A DNA stretch of 51,987 bases from a virus (IMGVR_UViG_3300037070_002091:1-51987); one strand, 5' to 3'. Shown: positions 27,278 through 36,649, counted from the stretch's first letter. The notes: a model not told the origin generated them from the letters alone. A program made the numbers and translations.

Positions 27278-29343
27278 TCTTCCTCGACTACGAAACGCGC
27301 TCCACCGTCGATCTCAAAAAAGCCGGCGCGCACCGCTACGCCGAGGACCCGACGACCGACATCTGGTGCGCCTGCTACGCCCTCGATGACGGCCCCGTGA
27401 AGACCTGGGTGCCGGGCGATCCCTGCCCTGACGAAATATTCGACGCCGTGCTCGCTGGCGACACTATCAGCGGGTGGAACGTCGCTTTCGAGAAGGCGAT
27501 CTGGCGGGCGATCTCAGGCCCTCGCTACGACTGGCCCGTCCCGCTCCCCGAGCAGTTCGATGACACGGCTGCGGCGGCCGCCGCAATGGGCCTGCCGCGT
27601 AACCTCGGCGACGCCACGAAGGCAATGGGCAGCGTCCACGAGAAGGACGACGCCGGGCACCGCCTGATGATGCAGATGGCTAGACCGCGGCGCGGCGGCG
27701 AGGGCCTGCGCTGGTGGGATGACGACGAGCGCAAGGGCAGGCTCTTCGATTACTGCGCCGATGACGTGCATGCCGAGCGCGAGATGCGCCGGCTACTCGT
27801 CCCCCTGCCCCCTGAGGAACGCGAGACGTGGCTTTTTGACCAGCGGATGAACGATCGCGGCGTCGCCCTGGACCTCCCCCTCATCCACGCGCTCCTGCGC
27901 ATCGTCGACCAGGAGAAAAAACGCCTCGACGACCTGATGGCAGACGTCACGAACGGCGCGGTGACAGCCTGCACCCAGGTCGCCCGGCTGTCCGCGTGGC
28001 TGCGCGAGCAAGGCGTTCCAGCTGAAAGCTTGGCCAAGGCTGCGATCGAAGACCTGCTGCTCGACGTGTGGATGCCGGAGCGAGCACGCGAGGCCATCCT
28101 CCTGCGCAAGGAGGCGGCCAAGTCCTCGACGGCCAAGCTGCAGGCCATGCTCAACTGCGTCTGCGCCGACGGCCGCGCCCGAGGCCTCCACCTCTACCAC
28201 GGCGCGGGGACCGGCAGATGGAGCGGCAGGCTCATCCAGCCGCAAAACATGCCGCGGGGCACTGGCACCGTCGACGACCCCGAGGCCGCCGCAGAGGACT
28301 TTCTGCACGGCGACGCGGGCTGGATCAGGCTCCTCTATGGCAACCCCATGTCGGCTGTCTCCGACATGCTGCGCGCCTGCTTGGTAGGGAAGCGCCTCCT
28401 TGCCGCCGACTTCTCCGCGATCGAGGGCCGCGTCACGGCCTGGCTCGCCGGCGAGGCGTGGAAGATCGAGGCCTTCGAAGCGGCTGACGCCGGGACTGGC
28501 CCCGGTATCTACGAGCTCACGGCTGCGGGGATTCTCTCGAAGGACATCACCGCCGTCACGAAGGCCGAGAGGCAGGCCTACGGGAAGGTGCCTGAGCTGG
28601 CGCTCGGCTTCCAGGGCGGCGTCAGCGCCTTTGACTCAATGGCCCGTGTCTACGCCGTCGACATGGCCGACGCCTACGAGCCCCTGATGCGCACGACGGA
28701 TGACGAGGTTTGGACGCGGGCGGAGAAACGCTACGCCGAGTGCCTCGAGCGCCTGGACACCGGCACCGACACGATGACGCGCGAGGCCTGGATCGCCTCT
28801 GAGGTGACGAAGGTGCTCTGGCGCAAGAAGCACCCGGCGACGGTGGCGCTGTGGAAGGGGCTAGAGGAAGCGGCCTTCGATGCCGTGCTCGCCCCTGGCA
28901 ACGTCATCAGCTTCCGCGGCATCGGCTTCGTCGTGAAGCGCGGGTTCCTCTGGTGCAAGCTGCCGAGCAGCCGGTGCCTGGCCTACGGCTCGCCCAAGAT
29001 CCAGGATCGGAAGCAGCCTTGGGGCGCGGTCAAGGCCGTCGTGACCGCGCTGGGCGTCGACAGCACCACGAAGCGGTGGCTGAGGTTCGCGCTCTACGGC
29101 GGGCTCATCACGGAGAACTGCGTCCAGGCCATCGCCCGCGACGTCATGCGCGACGGGATGCTCGCTGTCGAGGCAGCAGGATACCCCGTCGTCCTCACGG
29201 TGCATGACGAGGCCGTGGCCGAGGTAGACGAGGGCTTCGGCGGCGTGGAGGACTTCGAGCGCCTTCTCGCCACGACAGCGCCGTGGGCTGCCGGGCTGCC
29301 CGTCGTCGCAAGCGGATTCGAGGCAAAGAGGTACAGGAAGTGA
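27274..29343 (+). CDS. polA: Family A DNA polymerase with 3'-5' exonuclease (APSE-type)
   Basis: ExoI LDYETRS, TGRWSG, motif A DFSAIEGR, motif B GKVPELALGF, motif C VHDE. Confidence 0.96.
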   Translation: MIFLDYETRSTVDLKKAGAHRYAEDPTTDIWCACYALDDGPVKTWVPGDPCPDEIFDAVLAGDTISGWNVAFEKAIWRAISGPRYDWPVPLPEQFDDTAAAAAAMGLPRNLGDATKAMGSVHEKDDAGHRLMMQMARPRRGGEGLRWWDDDERKGRLFDYCADDVHAEREMRRLLVPLPPEERETWLFDQRMNDRGVALDLPLIHALLRIVDQEKKRLDDLMADVTNGAVTACTQVARLSAWLREQGVPAESLAKAAIEDLLLDVWMPERAREAILLRKEAAKSSTAKLQAMLNCVCADGRARGLHLYHGAGTGRWSGRLIQPQNMPRGTGTVDDPEAAAEDFLHGDAGWIRLLYGNPMSAVSDMLRACLVGKRLLAADFSAIEGRVTAWLAGEAWKIEAFEAADAGTGPGIYELTAAGILSKDITAVTKAERQAYGKVPELALGFQGGVSAFDSMARVYAVDMADAYEPLMRTTDDEVWTRAEKRYAECLERLDTGTDTMTREAWIASEVTKVLWRKKHPATVALWKGLEEAAFDAVLAPGNVISFRGIGFVVKRGFLWCKLPSSRCLAYGSPKIQDRKQPWGAVKAVVTALGVDSTTKRWLRFALYGGLITENCVQAIARDVMRDGMLAVEAAGYPVVLTVHDEAVAEVDEGFGGVEDFERLLATTAPWAAGLPVVASGFEAKRYRK

Positions 29344-30077
29344 ACCAGCTCCTCGTCGGGGATTGTCGCGAGGTGCTCGCCACACTGCCCGCTGCCTCGA
29401 TCGACTGCATCATTGCCGATCCGCCCTACCAGCAGACCAGCCTCGAATGGGATCGTTGGCCTGCTGGGTGGCCCGCCGCCTGCCGCCGCGTGCTCAAGCC
29501 GTCGGGCAGCATGTGGGTCTTCGGCTCGCTGCGCATGTTCACGGAGCGGTGGCCGGAGTTCGCCGGCTGGCGCTTCGCCCAAGACATCGTCTGGGAGAAG
29601 CACAACGGCAGCGGCTTTCATGCCGACCGCTTCCGCCGCGTACACGAGCAGGCAGCGCAGTTTTACCGCGATGACGCTCCTTGGTCTGGGGTCTACAAGG
29701 CCCCGGTCACGACGCCAGACGCAGTTGCGAAGTCGGTCAAGCGCAGGACCAGCCGCAGCCCCGCCCATATGGGGCGCATCGGAGACGGGGTCTACGATTC
29801 CGAAGACGGCGGTCCCCGGCTTATGCGCAGCGTCGTCTACTGTCGCTCAGAGCACAGGCGGGCGATCCACCCTACCCAGAAACCAACGGGCATCGTCGAG
29901 CCGCTGATCCTGAACGCCTGCCCGCCGGGGGGCGTGATCCTCGACCCCTTCTTCGGTTCGGGAACCACCGGCGAGGTGGCAGCTGCCTTCGGCCGGGGGT
30001 GCATCGGCATCGAGGCCCGGGAGGACTACGCAGCCCTCGCGCGCGCCCGCCTCGGCATCGAGGACGTCTTCGCCTGA
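29340..30077 (+). CDS. Beta-class amino (N6A/N4C) DNA methyltransferase
   Basis: DPPY before HPTQKP and DPFFGSGTT. Confidence 0.95.
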   Translation: MNQLLVGDCREVLATLPAASIDCIIADPPYQQTSLEWDRWPAGWPAACRRVLKPSGSMWVFGSLRMFTERWPEFAGWRFAQDIVWEKHNGSGFHADRFRRVHEQAAQFYRDDAPWSGVYKAPVTTPDAVAKSVKRRTSRSPAHMGRIGDGVYDSEDGGPRLMRSVVYCRSEHRRAIHPTQKPTGIVEPLILNACPPGGVILDPFFGSGTTGEVAAAFGRGCIGIEAREDYAALARARLGIEDVFA

Positions 30078-30115
30078 TTGACACTGACATACGCCTGACA
30101 TACATTAAGACATAC
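30078..30115 (+). promoter_or_regulatory. Sigma70-type promoter with three GACATAC direct repeats
   Basis: TTGACA-CTGACATACGCCTGACA(17)-TACATT then AAGACATAC. Confidence 0.8.
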
Positions 30116-30143
30116 ACAACGAATCATCAGGAGACCTCGCCCC

Positions 30144-30437
30144 GTGTCCTCCCCCCTCTACATCCTCACTGCCTTGACGCTCGCAACCCCGGTGCTCGCC
30201 GCCGACGCGACCTTCAAGATGGACTGCGCGCTAGGCGCCGTTCCCCGCCCCCCTATCATCGTGTTGGGAGAGGACGGCGGCGCGTCGCGCTGGGCGGTCA
30301 CGGTGGACGAGGACGGTCGCTGGGTGCTCCTCGCGCTGCCCACGCAGGACACGGTCTGCCGCGTCGACAGTGGAACCTTCCTCGGGCTCGACATCGAGAA
30401 CTTTAGCCTTCGGAGCAAGAAGGAGCCGTCACTGTAA
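30144..30437 (+). CDS. Small exported hypothetical protein
   Basis: Signal-peptide-like LYILTALTLATPVLA; two Cys. Confidence 0.6.
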   Translation: MSSPLYILTALTLATPVLAADATFKMDCALGAVPRPPIIVLGEDGGASRWAVTVDEDGRWVLLALPTQDTVCRVDSGTFLGLDIENFSLRSKKEPSL

Positions 30438-30640
30438 TGCCCATCTTCCCTGGTTCCCGAGCCTGGTGGGTTGCCCGGCGGAAGCGCGACGTCGCAGACC
30501 GCGCCGAACTCATCGCGGCGGTCGAGGCGCTGTTGGCTGACGTCGGCATGGCGACGGAGCCCGGGCTCGCCGAACGGTTTTCCGACGCCTTGATCGAAGC
30601 CGACTGGTTCAAATTCCACGAGGAAGACGAGAATGCCTAG
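30437..30640 (+). CDS. Hypothetical protein
   Basis: AAGGAG RBS; TAATG coupling. Confidence 0.6.
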   Translation: MPIFPGSRAWWVARRKRDVADRAELIAAVEALLADVGMATEPGLAERFSDALIEADWFKFHEEDENA

Positions 30641-30842
30641 ACCCCGCCAGCAGACCACCATGCGCCTCGCGCCCGACCTGCTCGCGGCGCTCCGGCAGGC
30701 CGCTCACCGCCGCGGCGTGACGCGCTCGCGCCTCGTCGAACTCGTGCTCATCGACTTCGTGAACGGCACCCGGCGGAGCAAGCCGCAGCTCAACGCCAGC
30801 GGCCAGACCCCGACCCTTGACGATGAAGGAGTGTTCCAGTGA
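30633..30842 (+). CDS. Ribbon-helix-helix (Arc/CopG-like) regulator
   Basis: QTTMRL strand, then LLAALRQAAHRRGVTRSRLVE. Confidence 0.8.
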   Translation: MPRPRQQTTMRLAPDLLAALRQAAHRRGVTRSRLVELVLIDFVNGTRRSKPQLNASGQTPTLDDEGVFQ

Positions 30843-31063
30843 CCCGCATCCTGCCCCGCCTGACCGACCTTCGCCTCTCGGTGCTCGGCATCGAATTTGG
30901 CCTCGACGACAACGATAAGCAGGCCATTCGCGACATGCGCCAAATCGTCATCGGCAAGGGACCGATCCGGAAGTGCGACCTGTTCATCGACACGACCTGT
31001 GTCCGTCCGAGCGAGGCCCGCGCGCTCTACAAGGTGCTGCGCAAGAAGGGTCTGGGCGCATGA
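30839..31063 (+). CDS. Hypothetical protein
   Basis: GTGA coupling, AAGGAG RBS. Confidence 0.6.
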   Translation: MTRILPRLTDLRLSVLGIEFGLDDNDKQAIRDMRQIVIGKGPIRKCDLFIDTTCVRPSEARALYKVLRKKGLGA

Positions 31064-31254
31064 GGCATCCCGAGCGCCTGCGCGACCGCGACTGGATGGC
31101 CAAGGCCTACGCCAAGGGCAGCACCAACTCGATCGCCGCGGAGACCGGCTACACCCCGACCCAGGTCCGCAAATGGCTCCACAAGCATCGCATCCCGGTG
31201 CGGCCGTCGACCGGCAACAGCCTACTGTCTTACAGCTTACGGGCTCGCGCATGA
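31060..31254 (+). CDS. Small helix-turn-helix protein
   Basis: STNSIAAETGYTPTQVRKWLHKHRI HTH pattern. Confidence 0.7.
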   Translation: MRHPERLRDRDWMAKAYAKGSTNSIAAETGYTPTQVRKWLHKHRIPVRPSTGNSLLSYSLRARA

Positions 31255-31454
31255 CTTTCGACGACCTCCGCGCCGCGCATCCTGACCTGGGCTTCGCACT
31301 CTACGCCTACTCGGCAGGCGAGCCCGTGACGCTCGAGGTCATCGACGCCGACAAGAGCTACACTTTCACCGGCTGGTCGGCCTCAGCCGCCATAGCCGCC
31401 GCCTTCCCTGAACCCGAGCCCGCAGTCCAAGAAGAAGAGGACATTTTCTCATGA
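31251..31454 (+). CDS. Hypothetical protein
   Basis: MTFDDLRAAHPDLGFALYAY…; ends EEEDIFS. Confidence 0.7.
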   Translation: MTFDDLRAAHPDLGFALYAYSAGEPVTLEVIDADKSYTFTGWSASAAIAAAFPEPEPAVQEEEDIFS

Positions 31455-31531
31455 TGCTCATCTACGCCCTCGGCTTCACCTGCATCGTCATGGCGCCGCT
31501 TTTCATCATGGCCTTCTACAACTTCGGGTGA
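31451..31531 (+). CDS. 26-aa single-pass membrane peptide (absent from ORF track)
   Basis: MMLIYALGFTCIVMAPLFIMAFYNFG*; ATGA and GTGA coupling at both ends. Confidence 0.55.
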   Translation: MMLIYALGFTCIVMAPLFIMAFYNFG

Positions 31532-31824
31532 CAATCATGCCCTACATCTACTACCTCGGCAGCCCCCTCGAAGTCTTCCCCAGCGTGCTCCACCGGTACA
31601 AGCTCGAACCCGGTGCGCGCATCGAGGATCCCAAGGTCTACGCCCGCCTCGTTAGAGACCAAGCCATCGCCCAGCGCACGGCTTGGGGACTGCACCACTC
31701 TCATCACTGGAGCCCCGACATGCGCGACGAAAACGACGACGGCAACTTCTTCCAAGGCCTGCTCATCGCCTTCCTGCTCTCGCTGCCTGTCTGGCTTCCC
31801 TTGCTGTTCTGGCTGTTTGGTTAG
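31528..31824 (+). CDS. Membrane protein with C-terminal TM helix
   Basis: FFQGLLIAFLLSLPVWLPLLFWLFG. Confidence 0.6.
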   Translation: MTIMPYIYYLGSPLEVFPSVLHRYKLEPGARIEDPKVYARLVRDQAIAQRTAWGLHHSHHWSPDMRDENDDGNFFQGLLIAFLLSLPVWLPLLFWLFG

Positions 31825-31833
31825 GAGCCCGAC

Positions 31834-32043
31834 ATGACTCGCCTTCCCCGGACGCACCCTGACCCCGGCACGCGTGTCCAGTTCCTCGAGGCCACGATAA
31901 CCCGGGCCGCGCGGACCCTGAACACCTGGTACGCCCTGAGCGTTCTCGGAAGCGCGCCCACGGCCCTACAACTCTATGACCTCTCACTGGAGCTCCGAGG
32001 CGCAGCCGATGCCCCTGCTCCCGCCCTGGACAGCGCGCCATGA
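31834..32043 (+). CDS. Hypothetical protein
   Basis: AGGAG RBS; coupled downstream. Confidence 0.6.
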   Translation: MTRLPRTHPDPGTRVQFLEATITRAARTLNTWYALSVLGSAPTALQLYDLSLELRGAADAPAPALDSAP

Positions 32044-32222
32044 GAAACACCGACGAGGTGTGGAACGAGGCGATCGAGGCCGCGGCCCAGGAGGTCAATC
32101 TGAGTTGCGGGGGGCTGGATCACCTACTTGTTGAGCGCATCCGCGCCCTGAAAAAGCCCGCCCCGACACCACGGAGACTGCCGCCGGCGGCCTACCGCGA
32201 AATTGACCCCTTCGAGCCATGA
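32040..32222 (+). CDS. Hypothetical protein
   Basis: WNEAIEAAA…IRALK motif common in small phage proteins. Confidence 0.65.
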   Translation: MRNTDEVWNEAIEAAAQEVNLSCGGLDHLLVERIRALKKPAPTPRRLPPAAYREIDPFEP

Positions 32223-32530
32223 ACCCCTTCCGCGGCACCTTCACCGTCAAGCCGCACCACTGGCGGCGCTGGGCGGAGATCCGCGCCGCGGCCACCCCAG
32301 GCCACTCGTGCGGGGTGCCAGCATTCCTCGACGCCCTCATCGGCCTGGAGCGCGTCAACTGGGTTGAATGGAAGGACGGCGCGGGCGGCGAGTGGGGGTT
32401 CTACTGGCCGATAGGCGCCAAGCCGCCCCGCAGCATGCCCGAGCATCTTTACGCCACTTGGCTCGCCACCGAAATCGAGCGCGCCGTAGCCCAGCGCGCG
32501 TCCCTTTCCCCCGATCTCAGGAGACACTGA
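32219..32530 (+). CDS. Hypothetical Trp-rich protein
   Basis: ATGA coupling; 103 aa. Confidence 0.6.
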   Translation: MNPFRGTFTVKPHHWRRWAEIRAAATPGHSCGVPAFLDALIGLERVNWVEWKDGAGGEWGFYWPIGAKPPRSMPEHLYATWLATEIERAVAQRASLSPDLRRH

Positions 32531-32626
32531 CAGATGATTGCACCACCGCACCACGACGGCGAACCTCGCAGGGTGAATCCTCTCGCCCGTGATACTGCAT
32601 CCTTTTAACCTCGAGGAGATACGATA

Positions 32627-33208
32627 ATGCCGACTACTGTTACCCTATCCTCTGACGTCAACCTCTTCCCCGAGGGACCACTGATCCCCCTCGCTCTCGT
32701 CCGCACGATCTACGCGGGCGCTCCCGGCCTCGCCGTGTGGCGAGACGCCGGCCGGCCGATCATCACCAACGCTACGGAGATGGTCGCCAACACAGGCGTC
32801 CACGCATCATTCGGCCGGGAGACGTTGAAGCTCGATCCAACCGCTCTTTTCTGGAACAGCAATGACGTCCGCGAGGGGGCCATGCGTTTTCGCACCGATG
32901 GGCAGCAGCACAATCGCGACCTCGACCACGACGGCAAGGACGCGGACACCTTCGTGTTCCGGTTCGCCGACATTGAGGACATCGCGAAAGACCGCAGCGG
33001 TGCGGTCGGTCACGGGACCGATCTCTGGTTCAACGGCGAGCGCTTGCACTTCGATCATCAGGCCAACGGCACTGTCAACATCGTCGAGGTCCGCACGGAC
33101 GCCGACTTTATCACCCTGCGCTGGGACACCGGCCACGACGACGCCGCTGATGGTTTCTGCTTCCAGCCGCCCTGCATTTCAGCGGTCAACCTGCCTGATC
33201 TGCTCTGA
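32627..33208 (+). CDS. Hypothetical acidic beta-rich protein
   Basis: GAGGAG RBS; DADTFVF motif; directly upstream of the sulfatase. Confidence 0.7.
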   Translation: MPTTVTLSSDVNLFPEGPLIPLALVRTIYAGAPGLAVWRDAGRPIITNATEMVANTGVHASFGRETLKLDPTALFWNSNDVREGAMRFRTDGQQHNRDLDHDGKDADTFVFRFADIEDIAKDRSGAVGHGTDLWFNGERLHFDHQANGTVNIVEVRTDADFITLRWDTGHDDAADGFCFQPPCISAVNLPDLL

Positions 33209-33223
33209 AAAGGTAGTACGAGT

Positions 33224-34678
33224 ATGCTTTGCCTAATTGCCTGCGCATTACTGCTCTTCTCCTCCCCGCCGGCCCAAGCCGCCAATAACGTGCTGATGAT
33301 TATCGTTGACGATCTCAACGACATGGTCGGCTACATGAACGGCGAGCCTGGCGGCGGGCCGCCGTCACAGGCAGCAAACAAGACGCCCAACATCGACGCG
33401 CTCGCAGCAACAGGCGTAGCCTTCACCCGGGCCTACACCGCTGCCCCGGTCTGCACGCCATCCAGGGCGGCCTTCCTCGGAGGTCGTAGACCGGGGTTCA
33501 CTGGTGTCTACGACCTCGCCCACGACTACAAGACTGCCTGGAGCAACCTAGGCATCGTGCCGCTGACCAAGCAGTTCAAGGCCAATGGCTACGACGTCTT
33601 CGGGATGGGCAAGGTCTACCATCCGTCAGACAGCCCTGTGGCGGCCTACAGCGACGCGCAGCTCTTCACCACCTACACCTTTGGCCCAGGCAAGGGCGGC
33701 ACCGGCTGGACCGGACAGTTCTGGGGCACGCCTACCAACTCGGACACCGACCAGGAGATGAAGGACTATACCATCGCTACGGCCGCGATAGACAAGATCA
33801 ACCAGGCGCATCCGCGGCCATTCTTCATTACGGTCGGCTTCAACAAGCCGCACGTCCCATGGTATGTGCCGCGCAAATACTTCGACAAGTTCACGCTCAA
33901 CAACAACCTACGGCCGCCGGTGATCGCGAACGACTTGGCAGACGTGCCGCCAACGGGCGTATTCTTGGCGCATGATGCCTACAGGGACGGCCGGCACCTC
34001 GAGCACTCCGTCTTAAACTCGGCGGAGGACAACAAGTGGAACAACGCAGCCCGGGCCTACCTCGCTGCTGTCAACTTCGTCGATGGACAGGTCGGCCGCG
34101 TCATGGCGGCGCTGAACGCCAGCCCCTACAAGAACAGCACCATCGTTGTCCTAGTCGGCGACCACGGCTTCCACCTCGGCGAGAAGGAGCATTGGGCCAA
34201 GGCTGCGCTGTGGGAACGGACACTCCGGGTCCCGCTGATCTTCCGCGGCCCGGGGATCGCCACAGGCCGGTCGTCGAGGCCCGTCGACCTGATGGACCTC
34301 TACCCGACGCTGCTCGCGCTCACGGGCGTGCCAGCGCCCTCCTCGGGCTTGGATGGCGTGTCGATCAAGCCGCTGCTACGGAACCCCGCCGCGGCCGCGC
34401 CACGCCCCTACGCCCTCAGCACCTACTGGAACGGCGTGCAGGGCGCCGGGGGCAAGGCGGTGCACTCGGTTCGAACCGCACGCTACCGCTATATCCGGTA
34501 TGCGGACGGAACCGAGGAGTTCTATGACGAGCTGGCCGACCCGAACGAGTGGGTGAACCAGGCGGCGAATCCAGCCTTTGCGGCTGCCAAGGCAGAGGTG
34601 AAAGCGTTCATCCCGACTGCGGCAAACCGCAACAAGCCGCCGGCACCCTGTTACCCCACATGCAGCGCAGGAGAGTAA
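33224..34678 (+). CDS. Secreted formylglycine-dependent (S1) sulfatase, iduronate-2/choline-sulfatase-like
   Basis: Signal peptide; NVLMIIVDDL, CTPSR, GKVYH, KPHVP and GDHGFHLGEK motifs. Confidence 0.95.
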   Translation: MLCLIACALLLFSSPPAQAANNVLMIIVDDLNDMVGYMNGEPGGGPPSQAANKTPNIDALAATGVAFTRAYTAAPVCTPSRAAFLGGRRPGFTGVYDLAHDYKTAWSNLGIVPLTKQFKANGYDVFGMGKVYHPSDSPVAAYSDAQLFTTYTFGPGKGGTGWTGQFWGTPTNSDTDQEMKDYTIATAAIDKINQAHPRPFFITVGFNKPHVPWYVPRKYFDKFTLNNNLRPPVIANDLADVPPTGVFLAHDAYRDGRHLEHSVLNSAEDNKWNNAARAYLAAVNFVDGQVGRVMAALNASPYKNSTIVVLVGDHGFHLGEKEHWAKAALWERTLRVPLIFRGPGIATGRSSRPVDLMDLYPTLLALTGVPAPSSGLDGVSIKPLLRNPAAAAPRPYALSTYWNGVQGAGGKAVHSVRTARYRYIRYADGTEEFYDELADPNEWVNQAANPAFAAAKAEVKAFIPTAANRNKPPAPCYPTCSAGE

Positions 34679-34681
34679 GCC

Positions 34682-34999
34682 ATGATCGACGTTAACCCCC
34701 CGGAGCGGGACGATCTGCTGGCGAGGCTAGAGGCGGTTAGCGGTATAAACTATGGTCCAGTCCTGCGTAAAGCCGCCATCGCCGAAATCCGCTCCCTCCG
34801 CGCGCAACTCGCCCAAGTGACCGCGGAGAGGGAAGCGATGCGGGTCGCGCTTGGCGACTTGCTCCACGCCGTCTGCGGAGAAACAGGGTTCGCCAAGTGC
34901 GTGCGCAGGGACAGCGGCACAGCGTACCCGTGGCCGGCGCTGGACATTGCAGAAGAGAAAGCCATCCGAGCCCTCGCATCCAAGGGAGCCCACAAATGA
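34682..34999 (+). CDS. Hypothetical protein
   Basis: AGGAG RBS; coiled-coil segment. Confidence 0.65.
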   Translation: MIDVNPPERDDLLARLEAVSGINYGPVLRKAAIAEIRSLRAQLAQVTAEREAMRVALGDLLHAVCGETGFAKCVRRDSGTAYPWPALDIAEEKAIRALASKGAHK

Positions 35000-35196
35000 G
35001 TCATGCCATCGAACGTACAAGCCCGAAGGGTCCAGGCCAGAAATTCATCGGCCGCTGCGTCAAATGCGGTCGAGATGGTCTCGGTATTGGAGACGGGTTG
35101 AAGGATTGCCCAGCCGATGCCGTCATGAGTGACGAAGCCGCTCTCTTGTCGCTGATCGAACCGCCAGCCTCCAAGGGAGACCGCAACGATGACTGA
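34996..35196 (+). CDS. Small Cys-containing hypothetical protein
   Basis: MSHAIERTSPKG…GRCVKCG…C; GGGAG RBS. Confidence 0.65.
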   Translation: MSHAIERTSPKGPGQKFIGRCVKCGRDGLGIGDGLKDCPADAVMSDEAALLSLIEPPASKGDRNDD

Positions 35197-35446
35197 CAAG
35201 CTGATCGAGGCGATAGCCGAGTTCGTGGAGGGTATCTCGGAGACTACAGGGTTCGGTCGCCAGATAGCCGCCGAACTACTCCAAGTCATGCGCACGGAGC
35301 CGGTGCTGGGGGAGATGGTGGAGCGTGCGGTCGCCGCCTACAACGCTGAAGGATGCGATATTGGTATAGCTCAACTCATCCTCTCCGCCCTGACCCCAGA
35401 CGAACAAGACACCGGAGGACTGAACGATGGTCACGGTCGGCGATAG
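35189..35446 (+). CDS. Hypothetical protein
   Basis: GGGAG RBS; 85 aa, acidic and helical. Confidence 0.6.
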   Translation: MTDKLIEAIAEFVEGISETTGFGRQIAAELLQVMRTEPVLGEMVERAVAAYNAEGCDIGIAQLILSALTPDEQDTGGLNDGHGRR

Positions 35447-36290
35447 CTTGGACCTGAGCGGCTACAGACAGGTATTCTTCGATCCCTGCAAAACGTTCTC
35501 GCCTTACGATCCGGTGAGCAACCCGGATGGGCATTGGGCGACTGCCGGTGTGCGAGCATTCGACGGCACGCTGGGCGCCAGGACTCTGGCGGAGATCGAC
35601 GCGGACGAAGACCTCTGCGTCCGCCATCGCTGCCCGGGCTGGGCCGGCGAGATCGCCATGTTCACCGACGCCACGATGGGGCCGGAGTTCGCGACCACCA
35701 CCGCAAGAGGTGGCAACCTGCGCCTGGTCGCACGTCCAATCCCGGACGCTCTCAGGGCTCGGGCATTCGGCCGTGAATACATGGCGCCTCGCATCTGGCT
35801 CACCGACCACGGCGCGCCGCGCACGTTCCGCTATGGCTACTTCGAAGCCACCATGACGATCAACACCGGCAACTCTTCGCACGCGGCTTTCTGGCTGATG
35901 TCGGTCGGGGGGTGGACGCTCGAGATCGACATCATGGAGTACCTCGGCCACTGGTCGATCAAGGGTCCCGATCGTGACCAATACCACACCAGCATCCACT
36001 TGGAGTGGAACGCGCAAAAGTTCGGGGAGATGATCGTCGGGCACCCGATCAACGGTCAGCAGCGCCGCTTCGGACTGCTCTGGACGAAGGACGAGATCAG
36101 CTTTTTCCTGGACCGGAAGGCGGTCAGAACCTTGCCCAACCCCGGCGCGCACGAGCCGCTCTACCCGATCATCAATCTCGCCATCGGCTCACCGTGGGCG
36201 CTCCAGAGATACCGCGGTGGCGGTGGGCCACCTAACCCGGCAGATTTCCCGATGGGCCTGATCGTGAACCACGTGATCATTTCGCAGTGA
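35427..36290 (+). CDS. Glycoside hydrolase family 16
   Basis: FRYGYFEA, AFWL, catalytic EIDIME, FGLLW…I.FFLD and IINLAIG motifs. Confidence 0.92.
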   Translation: MVTVGDSLDLSGYRQVFFDPCKTFSPYDPVSNPDGHWATAGVRAFDGTLGARTLAEIDADEDLCVRHRCPGWAGEIAMFTDATMGPEFATTTARGGNLRLVARPIPDALRARAFGREYMAPRIWLTDHGAPRTFRYGYFEATMTINTGNSSHAAFWLMSVGGWTLEIDIMEYLGHWSIKGPDRDQYHTSIHLEWNAQKFGEMIVGHPINGQQRRFGLLWTKDEISFFLDRKAVRTLPNPGAHEPLYPIINLAIGSPWALQRYRGGGGPPNPADFPMGLIVNHVIISQ

Positions 36291-36317
36291 AGGGCCCGCC
36301 GTCCCTGGGAGGCACCG

Positions 36318-36542
36318 ATGGCAACTAAGCAACAGGTCATCAGTCTGCACGCGCGCGACCCTAGCCTTACCTCAACCGAGATAGCGGCGCTACTCGGCTG
36401 CGAGCCTGAGTACGTGCGGGCAACGTTCTACCGCAACGGCCTGAAACTGCCGGGCAGGCAGGTGACGCCGAGCCTGCTCCGCTTGCGCGCCCGGAAGCTT
36501 ATCGCAATGGCAGAGGAGCTAGAGGGAGGCACCGATGGCTAG
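36318..36542 (+). CDS. Small HTH DNA-binding protein
   Basis: GGAGG RBS; LTSTEIAALLGCEPEYVR. Confidence 0.7.
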   Translation: MATKQQVISLHARDPSLTSTEIAALLGCEPEYVRATFYRNGLKLPGRQVTPSLLRLRARKLIAMAEELEGGTDG

Positions 36543-36649
36543 CTTTGCGGGCGACAGCAGCGTAGCCTGACAGATGTTCGCCCCACAAGGAAGAGGGGCG
36601 ACCCCTACCCCTAAGGATCGCCCCTCCATGACCAGACCCACCCCAGCCG

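Noticed and set aside
32527-36575. CTGACAGATG repeated at about 32527 and 36566
   Set aside because: Only two 10-bp copies; could be chance or degenerate promoter elements, so too weak to call.
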